Source: an uncultured Erysipelotrichaceae bacterium (GTDB lineage Bacteria; Bacillota_I; Bacilli_A; RF39; UBA660). Taken from it: a DNA stretch of 64,000 bases. The translations under genes were made by a program, and so were the position numbers. Location: contig CAUSWF010000002.1 of NCBI GenBank assembly GCA_963535465.1, positions 64,606 to 128,605 on the forward strand, in the 5' to 3' direction. Below, in pieces: positions 42,886-53,648 of this stretch (its first letter is position 1; every line of letters starts with the position of its first letter). The notes under the pieces were generated by a model, which was not told where the DNA came from, ran no database searches, and was given only the letters and a program-made list of their open reading frames with translations.

Positions 42886-43776
42886 ATGGGAGTTTTAGGC
42901 GAAAAATTAACACAAGCAATCAATAAACATGAAAACAATGTAGAAAACTTTATTTGGAAAGGTCCAAAGAAAGAAGTAAATGGAGTAAGAGTACAAGAAG
43001 AAGTCAGACTTATGGATGCTACTCCAGAGCAACTTAATAAATTTTATGCTCATTGTATGTCCATGTTATATAGTAACGATAAAAAGAATCCAGGCAGAAC
43101 AATTCTACTTGATATAATCAAAAGACAAAGACAGAAATGTAATGCAGAATTATATCTTCGTTGGCTCGAAAATAAGTATCAAACAAATATTCCTAACGTA
43201 CGTAAACCTTATCCTAGATTTCTTTATAATAGCGATATTAGAGAAGTTCTAGAAATAAATAAAGAGAGTATTCCACATGAAGAATATGCTAATACTCCTA
43301 TTACTGTTTTAACTGATGGGGTTCCTATGGAATTTAGGGATGTCATGATTCAAGATGTACTTCATGGTGCTGTTGGTGTGTTGGGTTTGTTTGATAGATC
43401 ACATATTTCTCTTAGTTTTATTACTAAGATGGGTGTTTGGTTGACCGATAAAGAAATGAACGAACTTCTCGAAAGAGATAAGGATGGAAAGGCCCGCAAC
43501 AGAATTGATATAATTAAGGAACGTTTTAATCTTCGTAAAGATATTAAATTGTATCCAAATGAAAATGGCTTGAGTTATACAGAACTTCGAGCTATGTTAA
43601 ATCTTAAAACTAAGAAATATTCTGAATTAACAACAGACCAGCTTCTTGTTTTAAGAGATAAAGTATTGTTCCGATTTGAAGACGAGGTGCGCTTTCATAT
43701 TTCTCAATGGGAAGATATTATTAATAAAATTGAACGTGTTGCTGAAATTAAAGGTATTACTTTGGAACGTAATTAA
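42886..43776 (+). CDS. hypothetical protein (296 aa)
   Basis: Intact ORF, TAA stop. Confidence 0.45.
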   Translation: MGVLGEKLTQAINKHENNVENFIWKGPKKEVNGVRVQEEVRLMDATPEQLNKFYAHCMSMLYSNDKKNPGRTILLDIIKRQRQKCNAELYLRWLENKYQTNIPNVRKPYPRFLYNSDIREVLEINKESIPHEEYANTPITVLTDGVPMEFRDVMIQDVLHGAVGVLGLFDRSHISLSFITKMGVWLTDKEMNELLERDKDGKARNRIDIIKERFNLRKDIKLYPNENGLSYTELRAMLNLKTKKYSELTTDQLLVLRDKVLFRFEDEVRFHISQWEDIINKIERVAEIKGITLERN

Positions 43777-43833
43777 TTTAGTAGATTTATTTCCTATAGA
43801 TACATATTCAGCTTTAATTTATTATATTAGTTA

Positions 43834-45108
43834 ATGAATTTATTTGGATATGTATCAAGGGATGAACGTCAGGAACAATGTAGGGTAACTTGGATTAAAA
43901 ATAAGTGTAAAGGATCTATACAAGCCTGCACGGGCTTCGGAAAAACGCATGTAGGACTTAATTGTATTAAAACTTTACTGTCTAAAAGACCTGGATCTAG
44001 AGTTCTTATCGTTGTTCCTACAGACGTACTGCAAAATCAATGGCAAGATATACTCGTTAATAATGATTTATCTTTTTATTGTACAGTTGAAGTTATTAAT
44101 ACTGTTGTTAAACATTCATGGCATTGTGATTTACTCATTTTAGACGAAGAACATCGTTATGCTGCGGATACTTTTAAACAAGTATTTAAAAAAGTACAAT
44201 ATAAGATGATATTGGGACTAACTGCAACTTTTGAAAGACTTGATGGAAGAGAAAAAATTATAGCTAAATACTGTCCAGTTATTGATAAAATTACTGTACA
44301 AGAAGCCTTATTAAATGGTTGGGTATCTAAATTTAAAGAATATTTAGTTCTTATTGATGTTGATGATATTGATAAATATAAACAACTTAATAAAGAATTT
44401 ACATCACATTTTGAATTTTTTAATTTTGATTTCGATTTAGCTATGAAAATGATCGGAAAAGATGGTTATAAATATAGAATAGCTTATAGAGACCAATTAC
44501 TTCCAGACAATGCTTTAGAAGAAGATAGATCTAATATGTTTAAAAATATTACTATTCATGCTATGGGATTTATGAGAGCTATGCAAGATCGTAAAGCTTT
44601 TATAAATAATCATTTAAAAAAGACAGAAATAGCTAATATGATTATACAGGCTAGACCTAATTCTAAAATCATTACTTTCTCTAATAATATTAAAATGGCT
44701 GAATCTATAGCAGTAGGAGAGGTATATAGTGGTAAGACTTCTAAAAAGAAAGGAAGAACTACTATATCTGAATTTAATTTAAAACCTACAGGAGTATTAA
44801 ATACAATTAAAAAAGCTATAGAAGGGCTCGATGTAAAAGGATTATCTGTAGCTATTAATATAGGTATAGATAGTTCTGAAATAAAAGCTGTCCAAAAACT
44901 TGGAAGAATTATTAGAGCAGAAGAAGGAAAAGAAGCAGAAATGTTTAATATCATTATAAACAATACAGCAGAGGTTGAATGGTTTAAACGGTCCCATAAA
45001 AATGCTGAGTATATAACTATTGATGAAGAAAATTTAAAGAAAGTATTATTAGGAAAAGAATATAGTGAATATAAGAAACCTGTTCCTAAACTTTCTTTTA
45101 GGTTTTGA
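43834..45108 (+). CDS. superfamily-2 DEAD/DEAH-box DNA helicase (UvsW-like)
   Basis: Motif I ACTGFGKT, motif II LDEEHRY, motif III GLTATFER, C-terminal helicase domain. Confidence 0.6.
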   Translation: MNLFGYVSRDERQEQCRVTWIKNKCKGSIQACTGFGKTHVGLNCIKTLLSKRPGSRVLIVVPTDVLQNQWQDILVNNDLSFYCTVEVINTVVKHSWHCDLLILDEEHRYAADTFKQVFKKVQYKMILGLTATFERLDGREKIIAKYCPVIDKITVQEALLNGWVSKFKEYLVLIDVDDIDKYKQLNKEFTSHFEFFNFDFDLAMKMIGKDGYKYRIAYRDQLLPDNALEEDRSNMFKNITIHAMGFMRAMQDRKAFINNHLKKTEIANMIIQARPNSKIITFSNNIKMAESIAVGEVYSGKTSKKKGRTTISEFNLKPTGVLNTIKKAIEGLDVKGLSVAINIGIDSSEIKAVQKLGRIIRAEEGKEAEMFNIIINNTAEVEWFKRSHKNAEYITIDEENLKKVLLGKEYSEYKKPVPKLSFRF

Positions 45109-45190
45109 TACATATAATAAAACTCCGAGAGGAGAATAAATATTTTGTAGTTTGAGATATGTTAGTGAACAATTCTTAAGCTAATTTAAG

Positions 45191-45814
45191 TTGAAAAAAT
45201 TTAATTATTCTATTGATGATGATATTGCATTTCAAGAAAAATACCAAATAACCCCTACCGAATTATTTGTACTAAAGATTATTCTTTTATTGCAGGAAGA
45301 TACTCAAGATGAAGATTATCTTAAAAGATTTCTTCAAATTTCTGATAATAAAGAATGTTTTAGAGATACTTTACAATCTTTGCAAAATAAGGGGTTGCTT
45401 TTAAAATCTTATAAAATTCCTAATAAAGGAGAACCATTTAATCCTTATGATATTGCTATTAATAAAGTGCTAACCAAAAATATGCATAAAGCATCTTTTG
45501 ATTTAGGTCAGGAACTGATGGAAGTTTATCCAAGATATGGTACTATTAATGGAGGCATGGTTCCTTTACATGGAGTTTCTAAACGATTTGGAAGTCGGGA
45601 AGATTTTTATCGTTTTTATAGTAAAATTATTAATTGGAATCCAAAAACTCATAATAAAATTATAGAGTTAATTAAATGGGAACAAGCTAATAATATAGGA
45701 TTTTTAAATATGACTGTTTTATCTTTTGTAATTGATCATCGATGGGAAGCATTACAAGATATTAAAGATGGCAAGTTAAGTAATGTTACATTTAATACCA
45801 TAGAAAGTTTATAA
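45191..45814 (+). CDS. hypothetical protein (207 aa), upstream of and coupled to the replicative helicase
   Basis: ATGA overlap with the next gene. Possible helicase loader by position only. Confidence 0.4.
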   Translation: MKKFNYSIDDDIAFQEKYQITPTELFVLKIILLLQEDTQDEDYLKRFLQISDNKECFRDTLQSLQNKGLLLKSYKIPNKGEPFNPYDIAINKVLTKNMHKASFDLGQELMEVYPRYGTINGGMVPLHGVSKRFGSREDFYRFYSKIINWNPKTHNKIIELIKWEQANNIGFLNMTVLSFVIDHRWEALQDIKDGKLSNVTFNTIESL

Positions 45815-46875
45815 TGAGTTATAAATCATTATTAGCTGAAATTGATAAAGGAAGAGCAGGTAGAAGTCACGGTACTTCTATTGGATTGCCTAAATTAGAG
45901 GAATTAACTGATGGAGTAACACAGGGAACTTATACTTTAATCTTTGCTGGATCTGGAATAGGTAAAACCAATTTATTAGTATATGCTTATCTCTATAGAG
46001 TTATTATGGAGCATCTTGATGATGGAAAATTAAGAATTAATTTCTTTTCTTTAGAGATGAAGTCTGAAATTATACTAGCTAAATTACTTTCTTTATACAT
46101 TTATGAAAAATTTGGAAAGAGATTGGGATTCAAAGAATTACTATCCAGAAAAAAAGACTATATATTATCTGAAGAAGATTATAAAATAGTTAATCAGTGT
46201 ATTCCTTGGCTTGAGAAAGTCGATAAAATATTAAATATAATTGATAAAAATGTTAGTGCAGATGGAGCATATGCAATAGTAATGGAGGATCTTAAAAAAG
46301 AAGGAACTTTTGAAGGTGCTGGTAAAGCACGTAAATATATTCCTAATGATCCAGATAAACTATTGATAACTATGATGGATCATATGGCTTTGTTGAAATA
46401 CACAAAATCTAAAAAAGATGAGATTGATAAATGGTCTCATTATGCAGTTAGTCTTAGAAATAGAACTAACATGTCTTTTGTAATGTTAATGCAAAGCAAT
46501 AGAGATGCAGCTTCTATGGATAGAAAAAAGCAAGGTTATCAGGAACCTATGCCTTCTGACCTAAAAGATAGCGGAGGTCCTTATGAAGATTGTGATTGTT
46601 GTTTATCAATATATGATCCAATTGTAGATCATTTAGCAAATTATCATGAATATAACATTAAAGCACTGAATGGAAGATTCAAAGCTATTATCTGTTTAAA
46701 AAATAGATACGGAGCATCTAATAAGGCTGATTATTGTTATTTTGATGGTAAAATTAGTTATTGGAGAGAACTTCCTCCAGCTAATGAGATACATGACTAT
46801 ACTAACATATTTAATAAGAAAGATAAAGTTAAAATAGAAGATAATAACGATACTAAATTTAACTTTACAATGTAA
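45814..46875 (+). CDS. DnaB-family replicative DNA helicase (RecA-like C-terminal domain)
   Basis: GTSIGLPKLEELTDGVTQGTYTLIFAGSGIGKTNLLVY (Walker A), later DHMALL and LMQSNR motifs typical of DnaB/T7 gp4 helicases. Confidence 0.6.
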   Translation: MSYKSLLAEIDKGRAGRSHGTSIGLPKLEELTDGVTQGTYTLIFAGSGIGKTNLLVYAYLYRVIMEHLDDGKLRINFFSLEMKSEIILAKLLSLYIYEKFGKRLGFKELLSRKKDYILSEEDYKIVNQCIPWLEKVDKILNIIDKNVSADGAYAIVMEDLKKEGTFEGAGKARKYIPNDPDKLLITMMDHMALLKYTKSKKDEIDKWSHYAVSLRNRTNMSFVMLMQSNRDAASMDRKKQGYQEPMPSDLKDSGGPYEDCDCCLSIYDPIVDHLANYHEYNIKALNGRFKAIICLKNRYGASNKADYCYFDGKISYWRELPPANEIHDYTNIFNKKDKVKIEDNNDTKFNFTM

Positions 46876-46879
46876 AAAA

Positions 46880-47578
46880 ATGGCAGAATTAATAGCTATA
46901 GTAGGAGAAAGTGGTAGTGGTAAAACCACATCAATTAGAAATCTAAATCCAGAAACTACTTTTATTATATCAACTACAGGAAAGCGTCCTGGAATTAAGG
47001 GTGCTAAGAAAAAGTATCCAGATTTTAAAGTAAATAAAGAAACTAAAGAAATTTCAGGCAATTTCTATACTACAAGCAATATAGATCAGATTGCAAAGAT
47101 GATGAGCCTCATCAATACTAAGTTAACTAATATTAAAGTGTTGATTATTGATGATTTTCAATATCTACAAGCCTTCGAAGCTATGGCTAGAGTAGATGAG
47201 AAAGGCTATAGTAAGTTTACTGACATGGCAAAGCATGCTTATGAAGTTCTTAAGTCATCAATGGATCTTAGAGATGATCTATATGTAGCAGTACTTACTC
47301 ATAGTGAGAATACTGGTGATAATCTTAATCCCTACTGGAAAATTAAGACTCAAGGCAAAATGTTGGATAGTGTTATTACACTTGAAGGTCTTTTCACTTA
47401 TGTACTTTTCACTAAGGTTGTTCGGGATGAAGGATCTAATGAAATACAATATAAGTTTCTTACTAATTCAGATGGAACATGTACAGCTAAATCCCCTATG
47501 GGACTGTTTGATGATACTCTAATAGATAATGATTTAAATTTTGTTATTGATAAAATTAAGGAGTATAACGAAGACTAA
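46880..47578 (+). CDS. Sak4-like (AAA_24 / RecA-fold) ssDNA-annealing ATPase
   Basis: IAIVGESGSGKTTSIRNL Walker A; VLIIDDFQYL Walker B. Size and neighbourhood (followed by an SSB-like gene) are typical of phage Sak4. Confidence 0.5.
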   Translation: MAELIAIVGESGSGKTTSIRNLNPETTFIISTTGKRPGIKGAKKKYPDFKVNKETKEISGNFYTTSNIDQIAKMMSLINTKLTNIKVLIIDDFQYLQAFEAMARVDEKGYSKFTDMAKHAYEVLKSSMDLRDDLYVAVLTHSENTGDNLNPYWKIKTQGKMLDSVITLEGLFTYVLFTKVVRDEGSNEIQYKFLTNSDGTCTAKSPMGLFDDTLIDNDLNFVIDKIKEYNED

Positions 47579-48190
47579 TGAAACTTGTTAAAATTACTGT
47601 AAAATCTGAATGGGTAGATGAAACAACTGGTGAAATTATTACCGACGAGCGAGTTCTTAACAATTCCACTGTAAAGACTAAGAAAGCCTCAACTTCTAAA
47701 AAGAAAAAGGAAGAAGATAATGATCCAACACCTAAACTCACTTTAGATGATACTAAGTATCATTTAAATAATGCAGCTATTCAACTTTTAGGAGTAGAAG
47801 CTGGAGATAAAATTGATATTAAATATCAAAAGGTAGATGGATTTAATGGTAAGGTTCCAATTATTGGAACTAATGCTACTTTCCAAACACAAGGAGGTAA
47901 TAAACTTTCTAAGTCAAATACAGTTATTTGTAGGGGTACAGGTAATGATAGGTTATCAGAATATGGGCATAACTTTGTATTAACTGTTCATCCTCATAAT
48001 GATAATTTATTTGTTCTTAATGGTGATGCTACTTTAGAAGAGACAATTGCTCCAGAAGAAATAAAAGTTCCAGAAAAAGAAGCAGAGCAAGAAGTAGATA
48101 ATTTATTAGATAATTTAGATAGTAAAACAATAGATAATGAAGAAATTAATGCAGATGATTTTGATTTTACTTTTTAAATTTAAATAAATT

Positions 48191-48886
48191 ATGATGAATT
48201 TTGGTTCTTTAGCAGAAACAGTAGCAGTTAGTGGTAGTAGACGTCTTAAGCCTTGGGGTATTTATCCTGTTAAGTTTCAAGGTGTGGAGGTACGAGAAAT
48301 TCAAGGAAAAAAAGATACTTCTAAGACATATAAAATACTAACAACTAAGTTTGAAGGAGAAAATGGATACTACAATGAAGATACATTCTTTCCTAATGAA
48401 GACAGTGCTAAAAGAAATACATATACTAATAAAGAAGGGCATGAAGTAGAAATGCCTTCTAGTTTTGAGCAAATTATGACTTATATTGCTCAACTTGCAG
48501 GAGTTCTTAATCCAGAAGGATTTAAGAAGATGCAAGCTGCTTCATCTAAGTTTAAATCTTTTGATGATGTATGTAAAGCATTAAAGCAAATTCTTACTCC
48601 AAAAGTAGGTACAGAGTGCTTTATTAAATTGGTTGGACGTAATCGTGATGGTCGTATTCAACCAGCTTTGCCTCGTATTACTGCATTAAATAAAGAAGGT
48701 AAGGCATTTACAAGTGATAATTTTATTAGCTTGAAGCAAGATATTCTTGCCTTTACCGAATACGAGGAAACACAAATTAAGGCATACAAGAATGCTAAGC
48801 CTACAAGTATGCCAAACGATATTGATGATGAACCTACAAGTCAAAGTCAGGATTCAGAAGATGATGACTTTTCTGACTTGCTTTGA
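48191..48886 (+). CDS. putative single-stranded DNA-binding protein with acidic C-terminal tail
   Basis: C-terminus ...DIDDEPTSQSQDSEDDDFSDLL resembles the SSB acidic tip (DDD-F). Located after the Sak4-like gene. Confidence 0.4.
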   Translation: MMNFGSLAETVAVSGSRRLKPWGIYPVKFQGVEVREIQGKKDTSKTYKILTTKFEGENGYYNEDTFFPNEDSAKRNTYTNKEGHEVEMPSSFEQIMTYIAQLAGVLNPEGFKKMQAASSKFKSFDDVCKALKQILTPKVGTECFIKLVGRNRDGRIQPALPRITALNKEGKAFTSDNFISLKQDILAFTEYEETQIKAYKNAKPTSMPNDIDDEPTSQSQDSEDDDFSDLL

Positions 48887-48934
48887 TGCTTAAATAAATA
48901 AGCTTATATTTAAGGTTCAATTTTAAATTTATAT

Positions 48935-49954
48935 ATGACATTAGATTTTACATTTGAACCAAAAATTACTAAGTCTTATTTACTTTCTAAATATTCAGAG
49001 GAAACTTATATGGAATATTATCTTGGAATAAAGGTAGCTAAAGGATTATTTTGTTCTCCTTTAAGAAAAGATAATACTCCTACTTGTTCTTTTTATAAAA
49101 ATAAATCTGGAGAACTTATATTTAAGGATTTTAATGGAAGTTTCTATGGTAACTTTGTAAATGTTGTTATGGAAAAATTCCACGTTAATTATCATCAAGC
49201 TTTAAAAATAATAGCAGAAGATTTTGGCTTATCTAATAAGCATGTTGATAGAGAAATTCAACCTATTAAACCAAGTACTACTGTTTTTAAAGATGAAGGT
49301 CCTGCAGATATAAGAATAGAGGTAAAAGACTTTACTATAGCTGAACTACAGTGGTGGGAAAGTTATGGTATTACTCCAGATATATTAAAAAAGTATAATG
49401 TCTATTCTTGTCAAAATGTATTTTTAAACGGAGATTTATTTAAAACAGAATATAAAGATAACTTTATGTTTGGTTATTATGGAGGTAAAAAAGATAAACT
49501 AGAATTATGGAGAATCTATTTTCCTAAACAATCTACTTATAGATTTCTTACTAATTGGCCAGCTAGAAAGATTCAGGGTTATAAACAACTTCCTAAAATA
49601 GGTAAATTGTGCGTTATTACAAAATCAATGAAAGATGTAATGTGTTTATATAGCTTAGGGATTAATGCAATAGCTCCAAATAGTGAGAATTTATTTATTT
49701 CTGATAGTGTATTAGAAGATCTAAAAAAGAGATTTAAATATATTGTCGTTTTTTATGATCATGACCTTCCTGGATTGCAGAATATGCAAAAAATAAAAAA
49801 TAAACATAAAGAACTTATTTATTTTTATATACCAAGACATTATAAAACAAAAGATATAAGCGACTTTCATAAAAAATATGGAAGAGATAAAACTTTGAAA
49901 TTTATTAAAGAAAGCATTTTAAAATTTAAAAAATATGAAGTAGAAAGAACTTAA
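48935..49954 (+). CDS. DNA primase (DnaG-like zinc-binding plus TOPRIM)
   Basis: Zinc-ribbon CSPLRKDNTPTCSFY (CxxxR...PS/TCxF pattern), TOPRIM-like ...YIVVFYDHDLPG... Confidence 0.55.
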   Translation: MTLDFTFEPKITKSYLLSKYSEETYMEYYLGIKVAKGLFCSPLRKDNTPTCSFYKNKSGELIFKDFNGSFYGNFVNVVMEKFHVNYHQALKIIAEDFGLSNKHVDREIQPIKPSTTVFKDEGPADIRIEVKDFTIAELQWWESYGITPDILKKYNVYSCQNVFLNGDLFKTEYKDNFMFGYYGGKKDKLELWRIYFPKQSTYRFLTNWPARKIQGYKQLPKIGKLCVITKSMKDVMCLYSLGINAIAPNSENLFISDSVLEDLKKRFKYIVVFYDHDLPGLQNMQKIKNKHKELIYFYIPRHYKTKDISDFHKKYGRDKTLKFIKESILKFKKYEVERT

Positions 49955-50932
49955 TACATCTTGTAGAATAACTTATCCTGATAAAACTACATTAGAATTT
50001 GAATCTTTAGAAGAAGCAGCTAAAGGAACTGAAGAGTATTTTAATTCTCATCCAGAATTACCTAAGAAATTCAGACCTATTTTATCTGTAAATTCTATTA
50101 AACTACGCTGTAATAAATCTACTCCTACAAAAGATGGAATATTATGCGAATGGTTAGATTCTCATACTAAAAAGTCATATCAAGCTAAGAAAAGTAAATC
50201 TAAAGGAAATAAATATGAATTACAAATAGTTCATGAGTTAACTAATATGGGATTTTCAGGATTAGTAACTTCTAGATCTCAAAATAGATTATTAGATAAT
50301 GCAAAAGTGGACATTGCAGAAACTGACGAAAAATTAAGTTGTTATATACAATGTAAAGCAACTAGTAATATGCCAAGTGTTTCTAATATAACTAATTCAT
50401 GTCCACTGAAAGATAGACCGTTATCTATATTTTGGAAAAAACAAGATCAATCAAAAGAAGAATATGTAATAATCCCAAAAGATTATTTCTATAATTTATT
50501 AGCTAAATATCATAAAAAAACTAACTACAAATGATTGGATAATTAAAGGAGTTAGATTCTGAAACTTTTAATAAAATTTTATGGGTTAATACAAATAATG
50601 AAAAATGTACTATAATTCCAGAAGATTTCTTTTATAAGTTACTTGATGCTTATACTAAAATTAATAAAATATAATGAAACAACAATGGTATGTAATTAGT
50701 TGGGGAGATATGAAAGAAGACCCAACTCAGATTCTTGCATATTATACCACTTCTGAAGAGAAAGCTCGAAAATATATATTGAATTATATATTGAATGAAC
50801 TATTACATAAATTAGCTGATATATCTGAATTTATAAATATGGATTGGGATACTGTGATAGAAGTGGTTAAAAATAAATATAATGTAAGTTTATCTTACAT
50901 GTTACACCTAGAAAATGATAAATAAATAATAT

Positions 50933-51451
50933 ATGTTACGAATAGGTTTGGACATTGATGAAGTATTAGCAGATTTCTTTAATACTTATTTATCAATTTT
51001 TGGTCATCCTAAAAATGGCTACGAAATTACAAGAAATGTACAAAGAATTTTATCTAAAAATAAAGATTTCTGGTTAAATTTACCTAAATTAAGGGATATT
51101 GATTTTATTCCAGAACTTTATTGTACTAAAAGAGTAAACCCTAAACAATGGACTAAACAATGGTTGAATAGTAATGGATTTACAAGTAGTCCTGTATATC
51201 AAATGTATTACCAAAAAGGTAATAAAGCTAATATGATTAAAGGACGTTGTGATGTATTTGTTGACGACTCTGTATCTAATTTTAAAGCAATGAATAAAAG
51301 AGGTGTTCCTTGCCTACTAATGGATACTCCATTTAATCAAGATGCAGGTCCTATATTACGTATATACTCACTTGATAAATATGAAATTGAAGAAGTTTAT
51401 AACTTAGGTAAAGAACAAAACCTATTTAAAAACTTTGAAGACTTATATTAA
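50933..51451 (+). CDS. 5'(3')-deoxyribonucleotidase (HAD superfamily)
   Basis: HAD motif I GLDIDEVLADF; C-terminal VFVDDS motif. Confidence 0.55.
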   Translation: MLRIGLDIDEVLADFFNTYLSIFGHPKNGYEITRNVQRILSKNKDFWLNLPKLRDIDFIPELYCTKRVNPKQWTKQWLNSNGFTSSPVYQMYYQKGNKANMIKGRCDVFVDDSVSNFKAMNKRGVPCLLMDTPFNQDAGPILRIYSLDKYEIEEVYNLGKEQNLFKNFEDLY

Positions 51452-52477
51452 ATGAAATTAAGTGAAATTCATATTAAACCACTTTTAGAAACTTTAAGAT
51501 TTGAAGATATAGATGATGAAATTTATTTCTCAGAAAAATATAGTGGTTATGTGAGTAATTCACGTCTTTCTAGAATAAATCCAGATCAAGATGGATCTCC
51601 AGAAAAGTTTTTTAATCAAACTTTAGGTATATATACAGATAGTATAGTATTTGGTTCAGCTATGCATACTTTAGTATTGCAACCAGAGAGTTTTGAATTA
51701 AATGAATTAGCTAATAGACCTACAGCTAAAGCTGGATTTATGGCTGATGAAGTATTTAAAACTTATAAAAATAATGGTAATATTATAGAAGCTATTTATA
51801 AAGCTTCTGATAAAATTGGATATTATAAAGGTAAATTAACTGATAATAAAATTAATAAGTTAATTAATCAATGTACTCCATATTGGCAAGATAGATTAAA
51901 GTTCGAGCAAAATAATAATCCAGATAAAATACAGATATATTTGGATTCTAAATCAAGAGAACGTCTAAAATCTTGTTTATTTGCTATCAATAAAAATGAT
52001 AATATTAAATCATTATTAAATCCTAAAGGTATTATAGAAGATCCAGAAAATGGATACGAAAAAGCAATTCTATTAGATGTAGAAGTAACTTTTGATGATC
52101 CTAATAGAAAACCTTTTATCTTACGTTTAAAATCTAAATTAGATAATTATACTATTGATAAGGAAAATAATACTATATTAGTAAATGATTTGAAAACTCA
52201 TGGAGCAATTCTTCCAGAGTTTGATAATGCAGTTACTAAATATCATTATTATAGAGAAATGGCTATGTACTCATGGTTATTATCTATGGTAGCTAAAAAG
52301 TATTATAATATGGATAATCCAACTATTAAAAGTAACTTTTTAGTAGTACAGACTATTCCAGAATTTTATACTAAAGTATCTCCTATGACAGGTAGATTAT
52401 TTAATCTCGGATTTGATGAACTTAAAAGACTTTTAAAATTAGTTGCTTTTTATAAAGCTAATGGGTATGTCCTTTAA
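51452..52477 (+). CDS. hypothetical protein, possible PD-(D/E)XK nuclease
   Basis: 341-aa ORF, weak resemblance to YqaJ-type nucleases (SNSRLSRI..., YREMAMYSW). Confidence 0.35.
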   Translation: MKLSEIHIKPLLETLRFEDIDDEIYFSEKYSGYVSNSRLSRINPDQDGSPEKFFNQTLGIYTDSIVFGSAMHTLVLQPESFELNELANRPTAKAGFMADEVFKTYKNNGNIIEAIYKASDKIGYYKGKLTDNKINKLINQCTPYWQDRLKFEQNNNPDKIQIYLDSKSRERLKSCLFAINKNDNIKSLLNPKGIIEDPENGYEKAILLDVEVTFDDPNRKPFILRLKSKLDNYTIDKENNTILVNDLKTHGAILPEFDNAVTKYHYYREMAMYSWLLSMVAKKYYNMDNPTIKSNFLVVQTIPEFYTKVSPMTGRLFNLGFDELKRLLKLVAFYKANGYVL

Positions 52478-52985
52478 AGAATTAAAACATCTTTATGAAG
52501 AAAACTTTAGCTTAGGTTATATAGATTTAGATATTAATAATAAATTTGCATTGATATCTTTAATTTGTTATATAACTACACATATGCAAGCTAAAAAACC
52601 TGATGTTACTTATTATCAAATTATATGTAAGTTAGCTGAAGGAACTGGTTGGAAAGAAAAAGATATATATAAACTTACTATTATGTGCGAAGATTTCGGA
52701 TATGGATGTAAAGAATTTCCTACTTTCGGACTAAAACCAAAGGAAATGTCTGCAAAAATAAAAGAAATCATGTATAAATCTCTTCCCTTTTAAAGGTTAG
52801 TCAGATTTCCAAGTAATTAGTAAAATAGATAAAAATTAATTTTAATGTGATTTTAACATTTATTCACTTTGACTGAAAAAGTTTTGAGTATATAATTGTA
52901 TCACAAACCTCAGAAATGAGGTAAAGATAATTAAAACACATGTAGATAATTTTTATGAATTAATGTTTAAATTTTTATTATTAAT

Positions 52986-53528
52986 ATGGAAAATGTATTG
53001 AATTTTAAGAGAGTAGAATTGATGGGAGCAACTAAGGAAGAAGCTTTGGCAAAGGCTCCATTTGAAATTATGGGTGATGCTACACAAGCTTACAAAAACT
53101 GGAAGAAGACAGCTACAGCTGATTCTGATGTAAACGATTTCTATCGTGAGTACTTGACAAAGAAGTCAAAGAATGTAGCTGGTGTTGGTTTCTCAATCAC
53201 TATTGATGCAGCTGTTGCTGACAGTCGTGAGCGTCCTTGGAAGATTACTGATGTAAAGAACGAACAAGGTAAGCGTAAGTATGAAACAGTTCTTGTTTTG
53301 AAAGATATTGCAACAGGTAATGTTCTTGGTAAGGTAGCTGGCAAGAAAGTTGATGCTAAAGAACTTGCTAAGAAAGTTATTAAGGACGGTTTCAAAGGTA
53401 AAGGTATTGCTGTTTATTCTAAGGAAGTTACAGTAGGTGAACCTAAAGCATTTACTTTTGAATATGCTCCTTCTAAGAGTTCACATGCTGGTACTTATGT
53501 AGTATTTGGCATAGTAAAAAATGCGTAA
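52986..53528 (+). CDS. hypothetical protein (180 aa), GC-richer codon usage, followed by a strong terminator
   Basis: Lys/Ala/Val-rich. Probably highly expressed given the terminator and composition. Confidence 0.45.
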   Translation: MENVLNFKRVELMGATKEEALAKAPFEIMGDATQAYKNWKKTATADSDVNDFYREYLTKKSKNVAGVGFSITIDAAVADSRERPWKITDVKNEQGKRKYETVLVLKDIATGNVLGKVAGKKVDAKELAKKVIKDGFKGKGIAVYSKEVTVGEPKAFTFEYAPSKSSHAGTYVVFGIVKNA

Positions 53529-53547
53529 TCTACTCTAACAATATAAA

Positions 53548-53587
53548 GGGTAGTCGAGGATAACACTTCGGCTACCCTTATTTTTTA
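53548..53587 (+). terminator. rho-independent terminator
   Basis: GGGTAGTCGA-ggataacact-TCGGCTACCC followed by TTATTTTTT. Confidence 0.6.
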
Positions 53588-53648
53588 TAACAACTTGAAA
53601 AAGTAATAATTATTAAAACTCGAAAGAGTATAAATTAAATTTTAAAAT